A stretch of DNA of 64,000 bases from Planctomycetota bacterium. GTDB taxonomy: Bacteria; Planctomycetota; UBA1135; UBA2386. Below, piece by piece: positions 49,522 to 60,065 of the stretch; positions within the stretch are counted from its first letter, which is position 1, and the number at the start of each line of letters is the position of its first letter. A model generated the notes under the pieces. The model was not told where the DNA came from, did no database searches, and saw nothing but the letters and a program-made list of their open reading frames with translations. The stretch is from contig OZ245838.1 in the NCBI GenBank assembly GCA_965228735.1, positions 3,072,001-3,136,000 on the forward strand, written 5' to 3'. A program made the translations under genes and the position numbers.

Positions 49522-52245
49522 ATGGCGAGCAAGAAAGCTACAGGCACCCCGGTCGTGATCGTCGAGTCGCCCGCGAAGGCGCGCACGATCAGCAAGTTCC
49601 TCGGCTCCAAGTACCGTATCGAGGCGAGCATAGGTCACATCCGCGACCTGCCGAACGACGCCAGCGAGGTGCCCGCGAAGCTCAAGAAGGAGAAGTGGGC
49701 CAAGCTCGGCATCGACGTCGACGACGAGTTCAAGACGCTCTACGTGGTGCCGTCCGAGAAGAAGGACCACCTCAAGAAGCTCAAGAGCATGGTGAAGGAC
49801 GCGCCGCTGCTCTACCTCGCGACCGATGAAGACCGCGAGGGTGAGTCGATCTCCTGGCACCTCGTGCAGGAGCTCGCGCCGAAGTGCGACACGGTCCGGC
49901 TCGTCTTCCACGAGATCACCAAGACGGCGATCCAGGAGGCGCTCGACAACCCGCGCGAGATCGACATGAATCTCGTCGAGGCGCAGGAGACGCGGCGCAT
50001 CGTCGACCGCCTCTACGGCTACACGGTCTCGCCGCTGCTGTGGAAGAAGGTGCGACCGAAGCTGTCGGCCGGCCGCGTGCAGAGCGTCGCGGTGCGCCTC
50101 ATCGTCGAACGCGAACGCGAGCGCATGCGCTTCGTGCCCGCCGACTACTGGAGCCTGGCCGGCACGTTCATCGGCGCGCACGGCGACGAGACGCCGTTCG
50201 TGGCCAACCTCGAACGCCTCGGGGACGCCCGCATCGCGACGGGTCGCGACTTCGGTCAGGAGACCGGCAAGCTCACGGACAAGGCCGAGAAGGCCGGTGT
50301 GACGGTGCTGAACGGCGAGCGCGCGAACGCCCTCGCGGCGGAGCTCACGAGCGCGACCGCCAAGGTCCTCGACGTCGAGAAGAAGCCCTACACCGAACGC
50401 CCGTCGCCGCCGTTCACCACGTCGACGCTGCAGCAGGAGGCGGCGCGCAAGCTGCGCTACGCCGCGCAGCGCACGATGCGCGCGGCCCAGCGGCTCTACG
50501 AGAACGGCTTCATCACCTACATGCGCACGGACTCGACGACGCTGAGCCAGCAGGCGATCGCGGCCGCGCGCACGCTGATCGAGCGCGAGTTCGGCAAGGA
50601 GAACCTGCCCGACAAGCCGCGGAGCTACGCGACCAAGGTCAAGAACGCGCAGGAGGCGCACGAGGCGATCCGCCCCGCGGGCACCGAGTTCGTGCACCCG
50701 TCGGAGCTGCCGAAGAGCATGGGGCCGGACGAGCGCGCGCTCTACGACCTCGTCTGGAAGCGCACCGTCGCGTGCCAGATGAAGGACAGCACGGGCTTCC
50801 GCACCAAGATGACGCTCGGCATGGCGACGAAGGAGCAGGGCGAGGCCGTGTTCTCCGTCACGGGCAAGACCATCGAGTTCCCCGGCTATCGCCTCGCCTA
50901 CATCGAGGACACCGAGGACACGGAACAGGCGCTCGCCGACGCCGAACGCGTGCTGCCGAGCCTCGAGAAGGGGCAAACGGCGAACGGCAAGGAGTTCGAG
51001 CCGTCGGGTCACACGACGCAGCCGCCCGGTCGCATCACGGAAGCGGGGCTCATCAAGGAGCTCGAAGCCCGCGGCATCGGCCGCCCGTCGACCTACGCGG
51101 CGATCATCGAGACGATCGTGCGGCGGCAGTACGTGTTCAAGAAGGGCTCGGCGCTCGTGCCGACGTTCACCGCGTTCGCCGTCGTCGACCTGCTGGCCTC
51201 GCATCTCGGCTGGCTCGTGGACTACCAGTTCACGGCCAAGATGGAGAACGATCTCGACGAGATCAGCAACGGCCGCGCGAAGCGCCTCGACTACCTGCAG
51301 CACTTCTACCACGGCAACGGGCAACCGGGCCTGCAGGAGCGCGTGACCGGCGTCGAGGAGGAGATCGATCCGCGCAAGATCTGCTCGATCCCGCTCGGCA
51401 AGGGCGACGACGGCGAGATCGTCGAGGTGCGCGTCGGCCGTTACGGCCCGTTCTTGTCGTGGGGCGAGAAGCGCGTGAGCGTGCCCGACGAGATGGCGCC
51501 CGACGAGGTCACGCTGCAGGTCGCGATCGAGCTGCTCGAGAAGGGCGGCGAGGGGCCGAAGGTGCTCGGGCAGGATCCCGAGACCGGCCAGAACGTCTAC
51601 GCCAAGGTCGGCCGCTTCGGCCCCTACTTCCAGCTCGGCGACCCGAAGGAAGGCAGCAAGAAGAAGGCGGACAAGCCGAAGATGGCCTCGCTGCTGACCG
51701 GCATGGACATCGAGACCGTCACGCTCGACGAGGCGCTCGCCGTGCTCGCGCTGCCGCGCGAGGTCGGCGTGGAGGTCCATCCCGAGCACAAGGACGACGG
51801 CCCGCAACCGATCCTCGCGGCGAACGGGCGCTACGGCCCCTACCTCAAGTGGGGCACGGACACGCGCAGCATCCCCGAGGGCGACACGCCGCTCACGGTC
51901 ACCCTCGAACACGCGCTCAAGCTGTTCGCCGAACCCAAGAAGCGCGGCCGCCGCGCCGCGGCCAAGCCGCGCAAGGAGCTCGGCAAGAACCCCGAGACCG
52001 AGGCCGTCATCAAGCTGCACGACGGCCGCTACGGCCCCTACGTCACGGACGGCACGACCAACGCGTCCCTGCCGCAGGGCGAGGACCCGGACACGATCTC
52101 GCTCGAACGCGCCCTCGACCTGATCGCCGAGCGCGCCGCGAAGGGCGGCAAGAAGAAGAAGAAGGCCAAGAAGAAGGCCGCAAAGAAGAAGACGACGAAG
52201 AAGAAGGCGGTGAAGAAGGCCGCCAAGAAGTCGGACGAGGAGTAG
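49522..52245 (+). CDS. topA: Type IA DNA topoisomerase I with C-terminal GRYGPY repeats and Lys-rich tail
   Basis: IVESPAKA, GHIRDL, LATDEDREGE, SAGRVQS, ITYMRTDS (catalytic Tyr), AQEAHEAIRP, GIGRPSTY; start ATG 49522. Confidence 0.98.
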   Translation: MASKKATGTPVVIVESPAKARTISKFLGSKYRIEASIGHIRDLPNDASEVPAKLKKEKWAKLGIDVDDEFKTLYVVPSEKKDHLKKLKSMVKDAPLLYLATDEDREGESISWHLVQELAPKCDTVRLVFHEITKTAIQEALDNPREIDMNLVEAQETRRIVDRLYGYTVSPLLWKKVRPKLSAGRVQSVAVRLIVERERERMRFVPADYWSLAGTFIGAHGDETPFVANLERLGDARIATGRDFGQETGKLTDKAEKAGVTVLNGERANALAAELTSATAKVLDVEKKPYTERPSPPFTTSTLQQEAARKLRYAAQRTMRAAQRLYENGFITYMRTDSTTLSQQAIAAARTLIEREFGKENLPDKPRSYATKVKNAQEAHEAIRPAGTEFVHPSELPKSMGPDERALYDLVWKRTVACQMKDSTGFRTKMTLGMATKEQGEAVFSVTGKTIEFPGYRLAYIEDTEDTEQALADAERVLPSLEKGQTANGKEFEPSGHTTQPPGRITEAGLIKELEARGIGRPSTYAAIIETIVRRQYVFKKGSALVPTFTAFAVVDLLASHLGWLVDYQFTAKMENDLDEISNGRAKRLDYLQHFYHGNGQPGLQERVTGVEEEIDPRKICSIPLGKGDDGEIVEVRVGRYGPFLSWGEKRVSVPDEMAPDEVTLQVAIELLEKGGEGPKVLGQDPETGQNVYAKVGRFGPYFQLGDPKEGSKKKADKPKMASLLTGMDIETVTLDEALAVLALPREVGVEVHPEHKDDGPQPILAANGRYGPYLKWGTDTRSIPEGDTPLTVTLEHALKLFAEPKKRGRRAAAKPRKELGKNPETEAVIKLHDGRYGPYVTDGTTNASLPQGEDPDTISLERALDLIAERAAKGGKKKKKAKKKAAKKKTTKKKAVKKAAKKSDEE

Positions 52246-52290
52246 CGGGGGCGGCAACGATGCGCTGACCGCGTATGACCCGAGGCATCC

Positions 52291-52806
52291 ATGAGTTCCG
52301 TTCCGGAAGCCATCTTGATCGCCGGGCCGAACGGCGCGGGCAAGACGACGTTCGTCCGAGAACTGCTCCACGTCCTCTATCCGGAATGCACTTTCCTAAA
52401 CGCCGACGAGATCCAGCGCGAAGCCCGCATTTTCCGCCACCCCGTCTCGGCAGGCCGTGAACTACTCCGGCGCCTCGATCAGCTCTTTCGCGACCGGGAG
52501 ACGTTCGCAGTCGAGACAACGCTCGCGACCCGCCTCTACCTCAAGAGAATCCGAGCGTGGTCGAAGGCCAGATACCGGACCACACTCCACTTCATCGAAC
52601 TCCCTTCGCCAGAAGACGCCATTTCACGAGTGGCGATGCGGGTTGCTGCAGGCGGGCACTCGATTCCCGACCACGACGTGCGGCGACGGTTCATACGCGG
52701 GCTCGAGTTGTTGCCGTCATACCGCTCCGCGGTAGATCGGTGGTATCATTGGCGAAGCGACGACCAAGGTCTGACCCTTGAGCAATCCAAAACCAACCGA
52801 TACTGA
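52291..52806 (+). CDS. Zeta-toxin-like P-loop ATPase/kinase (COG4185-like)
   Basis: IAGPNGAGKTT, FLNADEI, FAVETTL, RVAMRVAAGGHSIP...RRRF.RGL. Confidence 0.88.
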   Translation: MSSVPEAILIAGPNGAGKTTFVRELLHVLYPECTFLNADEIQREARIFRHPVSAGRELLRRLDQLFRDRETFAVETTLATRLYLKRIRAWSKARYRTTLHFIELPSPEDAISRVAMRVAAGGHSIPDHDVRRRFIRGLELLPSYRSAVDRWYHWRSDDQGLTLEQSKTNRY

Positions 52807-52978
52807 CGAAGAAGCCGAGCTGAAGATTCTGCTCGAAGCCGCAAGGCGGGCGACGTGGAATGCGCTGCACGGCCCCAGACATCTTCGCAGCGGTCGATTC
52901 CGCCCGGAGAGCCCGGATCGCGAAGAAGAGCCGGCGGATCCAACACCGAGCGACAGCGCGCGAGATTCGCGCAAGTGA
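52778..52978 (+). CDS. Small hypothetical protein, possible antitoxin partner
   Basis: 66-aa ORF overlapping the ATPase 3' end; charged helix EEAELKILLEAARRA; TTG start uncertain. Confidence 0.5.
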   Translation: MSNPKPTDTDEEAELKILLEAARRATWNALHGPRHLRSGRFRPESPDREEEPADPTPSDSARDSRK

Positions 52979-53027
52979 TGTGACGGTCCACTGACCGTCG
53001 TCTGTCGTATCGCGCTATCCTGACCCG

Positions 53028-53669
53028 GTGCTCGGACTCCGCGTGCCGGCCCTCGCCGGCCTCATCGAGCGGCGCGTGCTCGTCAACTACCGGGTCGACG
53101 CCGCGGTGTTGCGCCGCTCGCTCCCGGCGCCGTTCCGGCCGCACCTGGTCGACGGGTTCGGGATCGCCGGAGTCTGCCTCATTCGGCTCGCGCGCGTTCG
53201 GCCGCGATTCCTGCCCGCGTTCTTCGGGCTCGGCTCCGAGAACGCCGCGCATCGGGTCGCGGTCGAGTGGGACACCGAGACCGGCGTGCAGCGCGGCGTG
53301 TACGTGCCGCGCCGCGACACGTCGTCGTGGGTCAACGTCGCGGTCGGCGGATCGCTCTTCCCGGGAGAGCAGCATCGCGCCGTGTTCGAATCGACCGAGA
53401 CCGAGGCTGACGTGCAGATCAAGGTGCGGAGCACCGATGGCGCAACGCGAATCGAGGTCGCCGGCAGCGTCGCGCCGAGTCTGCCCGAAGGCTCCGTGTT
53501 CGAATCCACTGAGGCGGCATCGGCGTTCTTCGAGTGCGGCTCGCTCGGCTACTCCGCGACTGCCGACCCCGGGCGCTTCGACGGCCTCGAGCTCTGCAGC
53601 TCCAAGTGGCAGGTCGAACCCCTCGCGGCGCGCCACGAACCAATCGAGTTCGACCTCCGCAGGCAGTAG
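53028..53669 (+). CDS. DUF2071 (YqjF-like) protein, possibly C-terminally shortened
   Basis: GLIERRVLVNYRVD, GIAGVCLIRL, SENAAHRVAVEW, GVYVPRRDTSS, GSLGYS. Confidence 0.8.
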   Translation: MLGLRVPALAGLIERRVLVNYRVDAAVLRRSLPAPFRPHLVDGFGIAGVCLIRLARVRPRFLPAFFGLGSENAAHRVAVEWDTETGVQRGVYVPRRDTSSWVNVAVGGSLFPGEQHRAVFESTETEADVQIKVRSTDGATRIEVAGSVAPSLPEGSVFESTEAASAFFECGSLGYSATADPGRFDGLELCSSKWQVEPLAARHEPIEFDLRRQ

Positions 53670-53679
53670 CGGAGGACCA

Positions 53680-53796
53680 GCGGCGGTACCGAACCCGCTT
53701 CGAATCCGCCACTGGCCACCGCCGGCAACGCGCGCCGCAGCAACCCGTTGCGACGGACCGTGGGTGGCGAATTCGAAGCGGGTTCGGTAGCGCCGC
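53680..53796. repeat. Long intergenic inverted repeat (33-bp arms, 2 mismatches); REP/MITE-like
   Basis: TACCGAACCCGCTTCGAATCCGCCAC (53687-53712) vs GTGGCGAATTCGAAGCGGGTTCGGTA (53764-53789), extending to 53680/53796. Confidence 0.85.
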
Positions 53797-53832
53797 CCTT
53801 GCGTCCGGCGGGCTGGAGCCGATCATTAGCCG

Positions 53833-54790
<958 letters not shown>

Positions 54791-54798
<8 letters not shown>

Positions 54799-54834
54799 TC
54801 CGGCTTCCTCAGCTGATCCGGCTTCCTCAGCTGA
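54791..54834 (+). repeat. 18-bp tandem duplication (2.4 copies) spanning the nadA stop codon
   Basis: TCAGCTGATCCGGCTTCC x2 + TCAGCTGA. Confidence 0.9.
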
Positions 54835-54949
54835 CTCGGGCCCGGGCCGCGGCGCGGCCGAGGAGCGTCCAAGATCGCGACAGCACCGCCCGAACCGCGC
54901 GCGTTCAAGGGACTTCCCGGGCCGCGTCGATGGCTGCTGCCGAGGTTCC

Positions 54950-55924
54950 GTGCAGCAACGTTCGATCGTTTTCCGAATCACCGCGACCGGCGCGCTCGGT
55001 CTGTTCGGCGCCGTGGGCACCTGCCTCGGCTTCGGACTCGGCGGTGAGATCGGCACGACGGGCGCGCTCGTGGCGCTGGGCGTCGCGCTGACCGGCACGC
55101 TGATCTTCTGGCACCTGGGGCGCGGGCTGCGTGACGACTGGCTCGCGGAATCCCGGGTGCTCGACATCACGTTGACGCAGGGCGCCGCGCGCCGCGAACG
55201 GATCGAGATGGCCCGCGCGATGGCGGCTGCGCTCGGCGACCGCGCGCTGGCGCAGTCGCGCCAGGTCCGCGGTGACCCCGAGAGCATCAAGGTCGCGCAG
55301 ATCATCGATGCGACCCATACCCTCGCGGGCCGGCTGCGCGACGAGGTCGCGGGCCTCATCGAGCGGCTCGATGCGGAGCCGACGCCGGAGCTGCGGTTCC
55401 GCGGAGCGTGTGAGTCGGCGTTGGCGACGGCGAGTGACGCCAACCGGCTCGCGGTCAACGCGGCGCTGAGCGGCACGAACTCGCCGCGCGCCTGGTCCGA
55501 GATCGCGCGCGCGATGCACGGGGTGATGGCGACACTGTCCGCGACGGTGGTTGCAGCCGGTGGCGAACCGCCGAAGGACGCGAGCACGGTCGACGACAGC
55601 AACGAAGTGCGCGACAGCCTCGGCCGCATGCGCGATGCGCTGCGCACGCTGCTCGAGGGTCTCGAGGTCGTGGAGTCGAGCGCGGGCAACCACCACGAAG
55701 TCGCGGACGCCCTCGCGACCGTGTGCGTCGACGCGCGCTTCATCGACCGCGAGCTGTCGAGCCTGCTCGGCGTGGACCACGACGAAGCCGTCACCTCGGT
55801 CGACCTGCCGCCCCACCCCCTCGACTGGGACCGGCTCGAGGCGACCGTCCGGGAGGACGCCTCGCCGGCACCGACACCGACCGAACACAGCGCGGTCGAC
55901 GACGAACCGCAGTCGACCGCCTGA
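54950..55924 (+). CDS. Hypothetical 2-TM protein with degenerate MCP-like helical cytoplasmic domain
   Basis: Two N-terminal TM helices; heptad-rich helices; DANRLAVNAALSG resembles the MCP tip motif. Confidence 0.6.
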   Translation: MQQRSIVFRITATGALGLFGAVGTCLGFGLGGEIGTTGALVALGVALTGTLIFWHLGRGLRDDWLAESRVLDITLTQGAARRERIEMARAMAAALGDRALAQSRQVRGDPESIKVAQIIDATHTLAGRLRDEVAGLIERLDAEPTPELRFRGACESALATASDANRLAVNAALSGTNSPRAWSEIARAMHGVMATLSATVVAAGGEPPKDASTVDDSNEVRDSLGRMRDALRTLLEGLEVVESSAGNHHEVADALATVCVDARFIDRELSSLLGVDHDEAVTSVDLPPHPLDWDRLEATVREDASPAPTPTEHSAVDDEPQSTA

Positions 55925-55982
55925 CGACCGGCCGCGAATCTGCAACCCACAACGCGTGCATGAACGCGCCGGAGGCGGCAAC

Positions 55983-57545
55983 ATGGCGGTGCCAATGACC
56001 GCCGATCGAGCCGGACAGTCCGCGACCGCCAGCAACCCACTCGGCGCCGAACTCGCCGGCGCGCGGACGGCGCAGGCCTGCACCCTCGTGATCTTCGGCG
56101 CGACGGGCGACCTCACCAAACGCAAGCTCGTGCCGTCGCTCATGGGGCTCGCGGAGGACGGTCTGCTGCCGGCCAACTTCGCCGTGGTCGGCTTCGCGCG
56201 TCGCGACTGGAGCGACGCCAAGTTCCGCGCCGAGATGCTCGCCGGGGTCGAAGCCCACCGCAGCGACGCGGTCGACTCGTTCGACGCGCTGCAGGAGTCG
56301 TTCTTCTACCACCGCTCCGACTTCGCGGACGCCGACGGCTACGCGCGCCTCGCGGAGCAGCTCGACGAGATCGACCAACGGGTCGGCACGAAGGGCAACC
56401 GCATCTTCTACCTCGCGACGCCGCCGAGCGCGTATTCGACGATCCTCGACCACCTCGCGGAGAGCGGGTTGTCGGCCGAACGTGATGGTCGGTTCTCGCG
56501 GATCATCGTCGAGAAGCCGTTCGGCCACGACCAGGAGACGGCGCGCGCGCTCAACGACCAGATCCAGAAGGGCTTCGACGAGCGCCAGGTGTTCCGCATC
56601 GACCACTACCTCGGCAAGGAGACGGTCCAGAACATCCTCGCGCTGCGCTTCGGCAACGGGATCTTCGAGCCGCTCTGGAACGAGAAGTTCGTCGACCACG
56701 TGCAGATCACGGTCGCCGAGTCGATCGGAGTCGGCACGCGCGGCGCCTACTTCGAGGAGTCCGGAATCATCCGCGACATGATCCAGAATCACCTGATGCA
56801 GGTGATGACGCTCGTCGCGATGGAGCCGCCGGCCGCGCTCAGCGCCGATGCGGTGCGCGACGAGAAGGTCAAGGTGCTGCGCGCGATCCGCTCGTTCGAA
56901 CCCGCGGAGGTGGACGCGGCGACCGTGCGGGCGCAGTACACCCGCAGCTCGTTCGAGGGCTCGGAGGTCAACGGCTACCACGAAGAGGACGGCGTGGACG
57001 CGAACTCACGGACCGAGACGTTCACCGCGGTGCGGCTGCACGTCGAGAACTGGCGCTGGTCCAAGACGCCGTTCTTCCTGCGCTCGGGCAAGCGGCTGCC
57101 GCGCCGCGTGACCGAGGTGGCGATCCACTTCAAGCATCCGCCGCACGGCCTGTTCGGCACGGCCGAGGGCGCGATGCGGGAATCGAGCCCCAACGTGCTG
57201 CTGCTGCGGATCCAGCCGGACGAGGGCGTCGCGCTGCGGTTCGGGTCGAAGGTGCCGGGGCCGGACATGCGGATCCGCGACGTGCGCATGGAGTTCCGCT
57301 ACGGCACGGCGTTCGGCAACGAGACGGCGGATGCCTACGAACGGTTGCTGCTCGACGCGATGATCGGGGACAGCACGTTGTTCGCGCGGCGCGACGAGGT
57401 CGAGGAAGCGTGGCGCATCGTCGACTCGATCGTCGCGGGCTGGCAGACGAGCACGACGGCACCCGCGAGCTACCCGGCCGGGACCTGGGGTCCGGAGGAC
57501 GCCGGCAGGATCCTCGGCGAGGGCCGCGCGTGGAGGCAACCGTGA
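55983..57545 (+). CDS. zwf: Glucose-6-phosphate 1-dehydrogenase
   Basis: IFGATGDLTKRKL, VEKPFG, RIDHYLGKETVQN, RDMIQNHL, RSGK, AYERL; GGAGG RBS before ATG 55983. Confidence 0.98.
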   Translation: MAVPMTADRAGQSATASNPLGAELAGARTAQACTLVIFGATGDLTKRKLVPSLMGLAEDGLLPANFAVVGFARRDWSDAKFRAEMLAGVEAHRSDAVDSFDALQESFFYHRSDFADADGYARLAEQLDEIDQRVGTKGNRIFYLATPPSAYSTILDHLAESGLSAERDGRFSRIIVEKPFGHDQETARALNDQIQKGFDERQVFRIDHYLGKETVQNILALRFGNGIFEPLWNEKFVDHVQITVAESIGVGTRGAYFEESGIIRDMIQNHLMQVMTLVAMEPPAALSADAVRDEKVKVLRAIRSFEPAEVDAATVRAQYTRSSFEGSEVNGYHEEDGVDANSRTETFTAVRLHVENWRWSKTPFFLRSGKRLPRRVTEVAIHFKHPPHGLFGTAEGAMRESSPNVLLLRIQPDEGVALRFGSKVPGPDMRIRDVRMEFRYGTAFGNETADAYERLLLDAMIGDSTLFARRDEVEEAWRIVDSIVAGWQTSTTAPASYPAGTWGPEDAGRILGEGRAWRQP

Positions 57546-58486
57546 CCTCGACGACGGACCGCGAGCTCGTTCGCCTGCCGGCGCGCGTCGCCGAGCCAAC
57601 CGACGTGCGCGCGGCGCTGCGCGCGCTCTGGCAGGACTCGGACACCGAAGGGGTCGACACGGCGCGCGCGGTCACGATCAACTTCATCGGCGTCACGAAG
57701 CATCCGCGTGATCAGGACGACCCGATGCGCGCTGCTGCCGACGATCTCGTTCGGCGTTCGCCGGCGCGCGTCTTCCTGCTGCACGTGGACGACTCGTTGC
57801 AGGAACCGAGCGTCGAGGTGAGCGCCACGATGCGACAACGGGGGAACACGCGCTTCGTGATCGCGGAGGAGATCCACGTGCAGGCACCGGGCAACTGGTT
57901 CTCGCACGTGCCCGGACTCGTGCGGCCGCTGCTGATCCACGACCTGCCGACGCACGTGTTCTGGGCCGACGACTGGGACGACCGCGAGCGCTTTGCCGCG
58001 ATGCGCCGCCTCGGCGACCACTGCCTCGTCGACACCCAGCGCTTCACCCTGCCCGCGGTCCAGCTGCCCGAGCTCGCGGATGCCCGGGCGACGGGCCGGC
58101 GGATCACCGACCTCAACTGGCTGCGCCTGCGGCCGTGGCGCCGGGCGCTGGCCGAGGCATTCGAACGCATTCGCTGGCGGAGCGACTCGCAGGTGACCGG
58201 CCTCGTGCGGCACGGGACCGCGGGGACGGCCGCCGCGATCCTGCTCGCGGAGTGGTTGCAGGACCGCCTCGCGGCTCGCATCGAGCTCGAGGAGTGCGAC
58301 CATCCGGACGGCTGCCCCGAGTCCGTGCGGCTGCAGTTCGACGGCAACACGATCCAGGTCGGCAGCTCTCCGACCTGCCTCACGATGAACGCGAGCACGG
58401 AAGCCGAGTGCTTCCTGCCGTTGCGTCTGCCGCGCTCGCGCCGCAGTGATGGCGGTCTGCTCGCTGCGGCGATCGACATCGCCTGA
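57542..58486 (+). CDS. opcA: G6PD assembly/allosteric effector protein OpcA
   Basis: GTGA overlap with zwf; SPARV, VRPLLIHDLPTHVFW, TDLNWLRLRPWRRALA. Confidence 0.88.
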   Translation: MTSTTDRELVRLPARVAEPTDVRAALRALWQDSDTEGVDTARAVTINFIGVTKHPRDQDDPMRAAADDLVRRSPARVFLLHVDDSLQEPSVEVSATMRQRGNTRFVIAEEIHVQAPGNWFSHVPGLVRPLLIHDLPTHVFWADDWDDRERFAAMRRLGDHCLVDTQRFTLPAVQLPELADARATGRRITDLNWLRLRPWRRALAEAFERIRWRSDSQVTGLVRHGTAGTAAAILLAEWLQDRLAARIELEECDHPDGCPESVRLQFDGNTIQVGSSPTCLTMNASTEAECFLPLRLPRSRRSDGGLLAAAIDIA

Positions 58487-58547
58487 CGGTCACGCGGCCA
58501 GCGCGTCGATTATCGCGTCTGGGCAGCGCGCAGCGTATCGTCCGGGC

Positions 58548-60065
58548 ATGATCGCCCGTCGTTGGATCGCCGCCACCCTGCTGCTCGGGTTCACCGCCTG
58601 CACGATGCAGGACGACATCAGCCGTCAGGTCCTGCAGCCGCCGGCCGGCTGGCTCGTCGAACCCGCCGACCTCGGTCTGCCGGCCGAGCGGTTCGAGCTC
58701 GAGATCCACAGCGACGCATCGCTCACGGGTTGGTTCCTGCCGCACGAGAACGCCGGGGGCCGAACCGTCGTGCTGTTGCACGCGGAGAACGTCAACGCGA
58801 GCGCGCTGCATCCGTACTACACGTTCTTGCACGACGCGGGCTTCAACGTGCTGGTGTTCGACCCGCGCGGCTACGGCCAGAGTGCGGGCGAGCCGTCGCT
58901 GCGCGCCTGGACCTACGACCTGCGCGAACTGTTCGAGTGGCTCGGCGAACGCCCCGACGTCGACCGCGACCGGATCGCGCTCTACGGCACGTCGATGGGC
59001 AGCGTCGCGGCGATGTTCGCCGCGCGCATGTGCAAACCGTGCCGCGCCGTCGTATTCGAACACCTGCCGAGCCTGCGGGACATGCTGCGTGAGAACGTCG
59101 ACGACCCGAACAGCTTCGCCGGCGCCTACAGCGTCGGGCTGATGGAGTTCGCCTCGCTGCCGCAGAACATCGAGCCGTCGGACAACGCCGCTCGCGCCGA
59201 AGCGCGCGCGCTGTTCGTGGCCACGGAGAACGAGCTCGCGCGCAACCGGCGGTCGTTGATGCGCGCCTACGGCGAGTACGCCGGCGAGAAGCAGCTCTGG
59301 GTCCTGCCGGAGACGGGCCAGGCTCCGCATGCGCTGCTGACGCACGGCGAGCAGTACCGCGCGCGGGTCGTGCAGTTCCTCGACGATGCGTTCGCGGGCC
59401 GCGCTCTGCGCGCAGCGCCGACCGCGAGCAAGGTCCGTGACACGAGCGACGGCGAGGCGTGGTACGAGGTCACGGTGGAGGTCGCGGCGGCGCCGACCGC
59501 GAGCGGCCGCGTCGCGGTCGAGGCCTGCGCGCTGCTCGCGGACGGCACGCCGCGGTTCGCGCGTTCGTGGGCCGACGCCCCGAACGGCAACGTGCGCATC
59601 AAGCTGCCCGAACCACCGGTCCATGTGAGCGCCTGGCCCGTGCCCGGGGCGGTCGCGGACGACGACTCCGTCTTCACCCGACCGACGACCGATCTCATGG
59701 CGGCCTGGCGCCGGATCGCGCCGCTCTGGCCGCTCATCGAGGCGGTGCGCAGCGAAGGCGCGAGCCCGGCGGAGCACCGCGAGCTCGCCGAGGCACTCAC
59801 GCATGTCACGGCGGAGGCGGAGAACGGTCTGCCACAGCTGATCGAGACCGAGCTCAGCGACGTGTTCGTCCTCCTCGGCCTCAGCACCGGTGACAACGCG
59901 TGGCTCGACCGCGCACTCGCGGCCGTCCCCGAACACCCGAACCGCCACTTCTGGCCCGGCCCCGTCGCAACCTACGGCTACCCCCAGGCCGCGGTCATCG
60001 AACGCGCGAAGTTGGGTACGGTGCCCGGCACGAACACCAACCCCCGATCTAGCCGGCAACGCTAG
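58548..60065 (+). CDS. Alpha/beta-hydrolase lipoprotein with C-terminal extension
   Basis: Start ATG 58548; lipobox FTAC; LTGWFLP, FDPRGYGQSAG, YGTSMG nucleophile elbow. Confidence 0.85.
   Translation: MIARRWIAATLLLGFTACTMQDDISRQVLQPPAGWLVEPADLGLPAERFELEIHSDASLTGWFLPHENAGGRTVVLLHAENVNASALHPYYTFLHDAGFNVLVFDPRGYGQSAGEPSLRAWTYDLRELFEWLGERPDVDRDRIALYGTSMGSVAAMFAARMCKPCRAVVFEHLPSLRDMLRENVDDPNSFAGAYSVGLMEFASLPQNIEPSDNAARAEARALFVATENELARNRRSLMRAYGEYAGEKQLWVLPETGQAPHALLTHGEQYRARVVQFLDDAFAGRALRAAPTASKVRDTSDGEAWYEVTVEVAAAPTASGRVAVEACALLADGTPRFARSWADAPNGNVRIKLPEPPVHVSAWPVPGAVADDDSVFTRPTTDLMAAWRRIAPLWPLIEAVRSEGASPAEHRELAEALTHVTAEAENGLPQLIETELSDVFVLLGLSTGDNAWLDRALAAVPEHPNRHFWPGPVATYGYPQAAVIERAKLGTVPGTNTNPRSSRQR

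Noticed and set aside
49492..52371. 959-aa minus-strand ORF and other long antisense ORFs (e.g. 6265-7869, 24467-26308, 32371-34572, 34122-36293, 37291-39507, 53419-56040, 61375-63759)
   Set aside because: They mirror well-supported genes. High GC3 codon bias removes stops in the antisense frame, so long shadow ORFs are expected.
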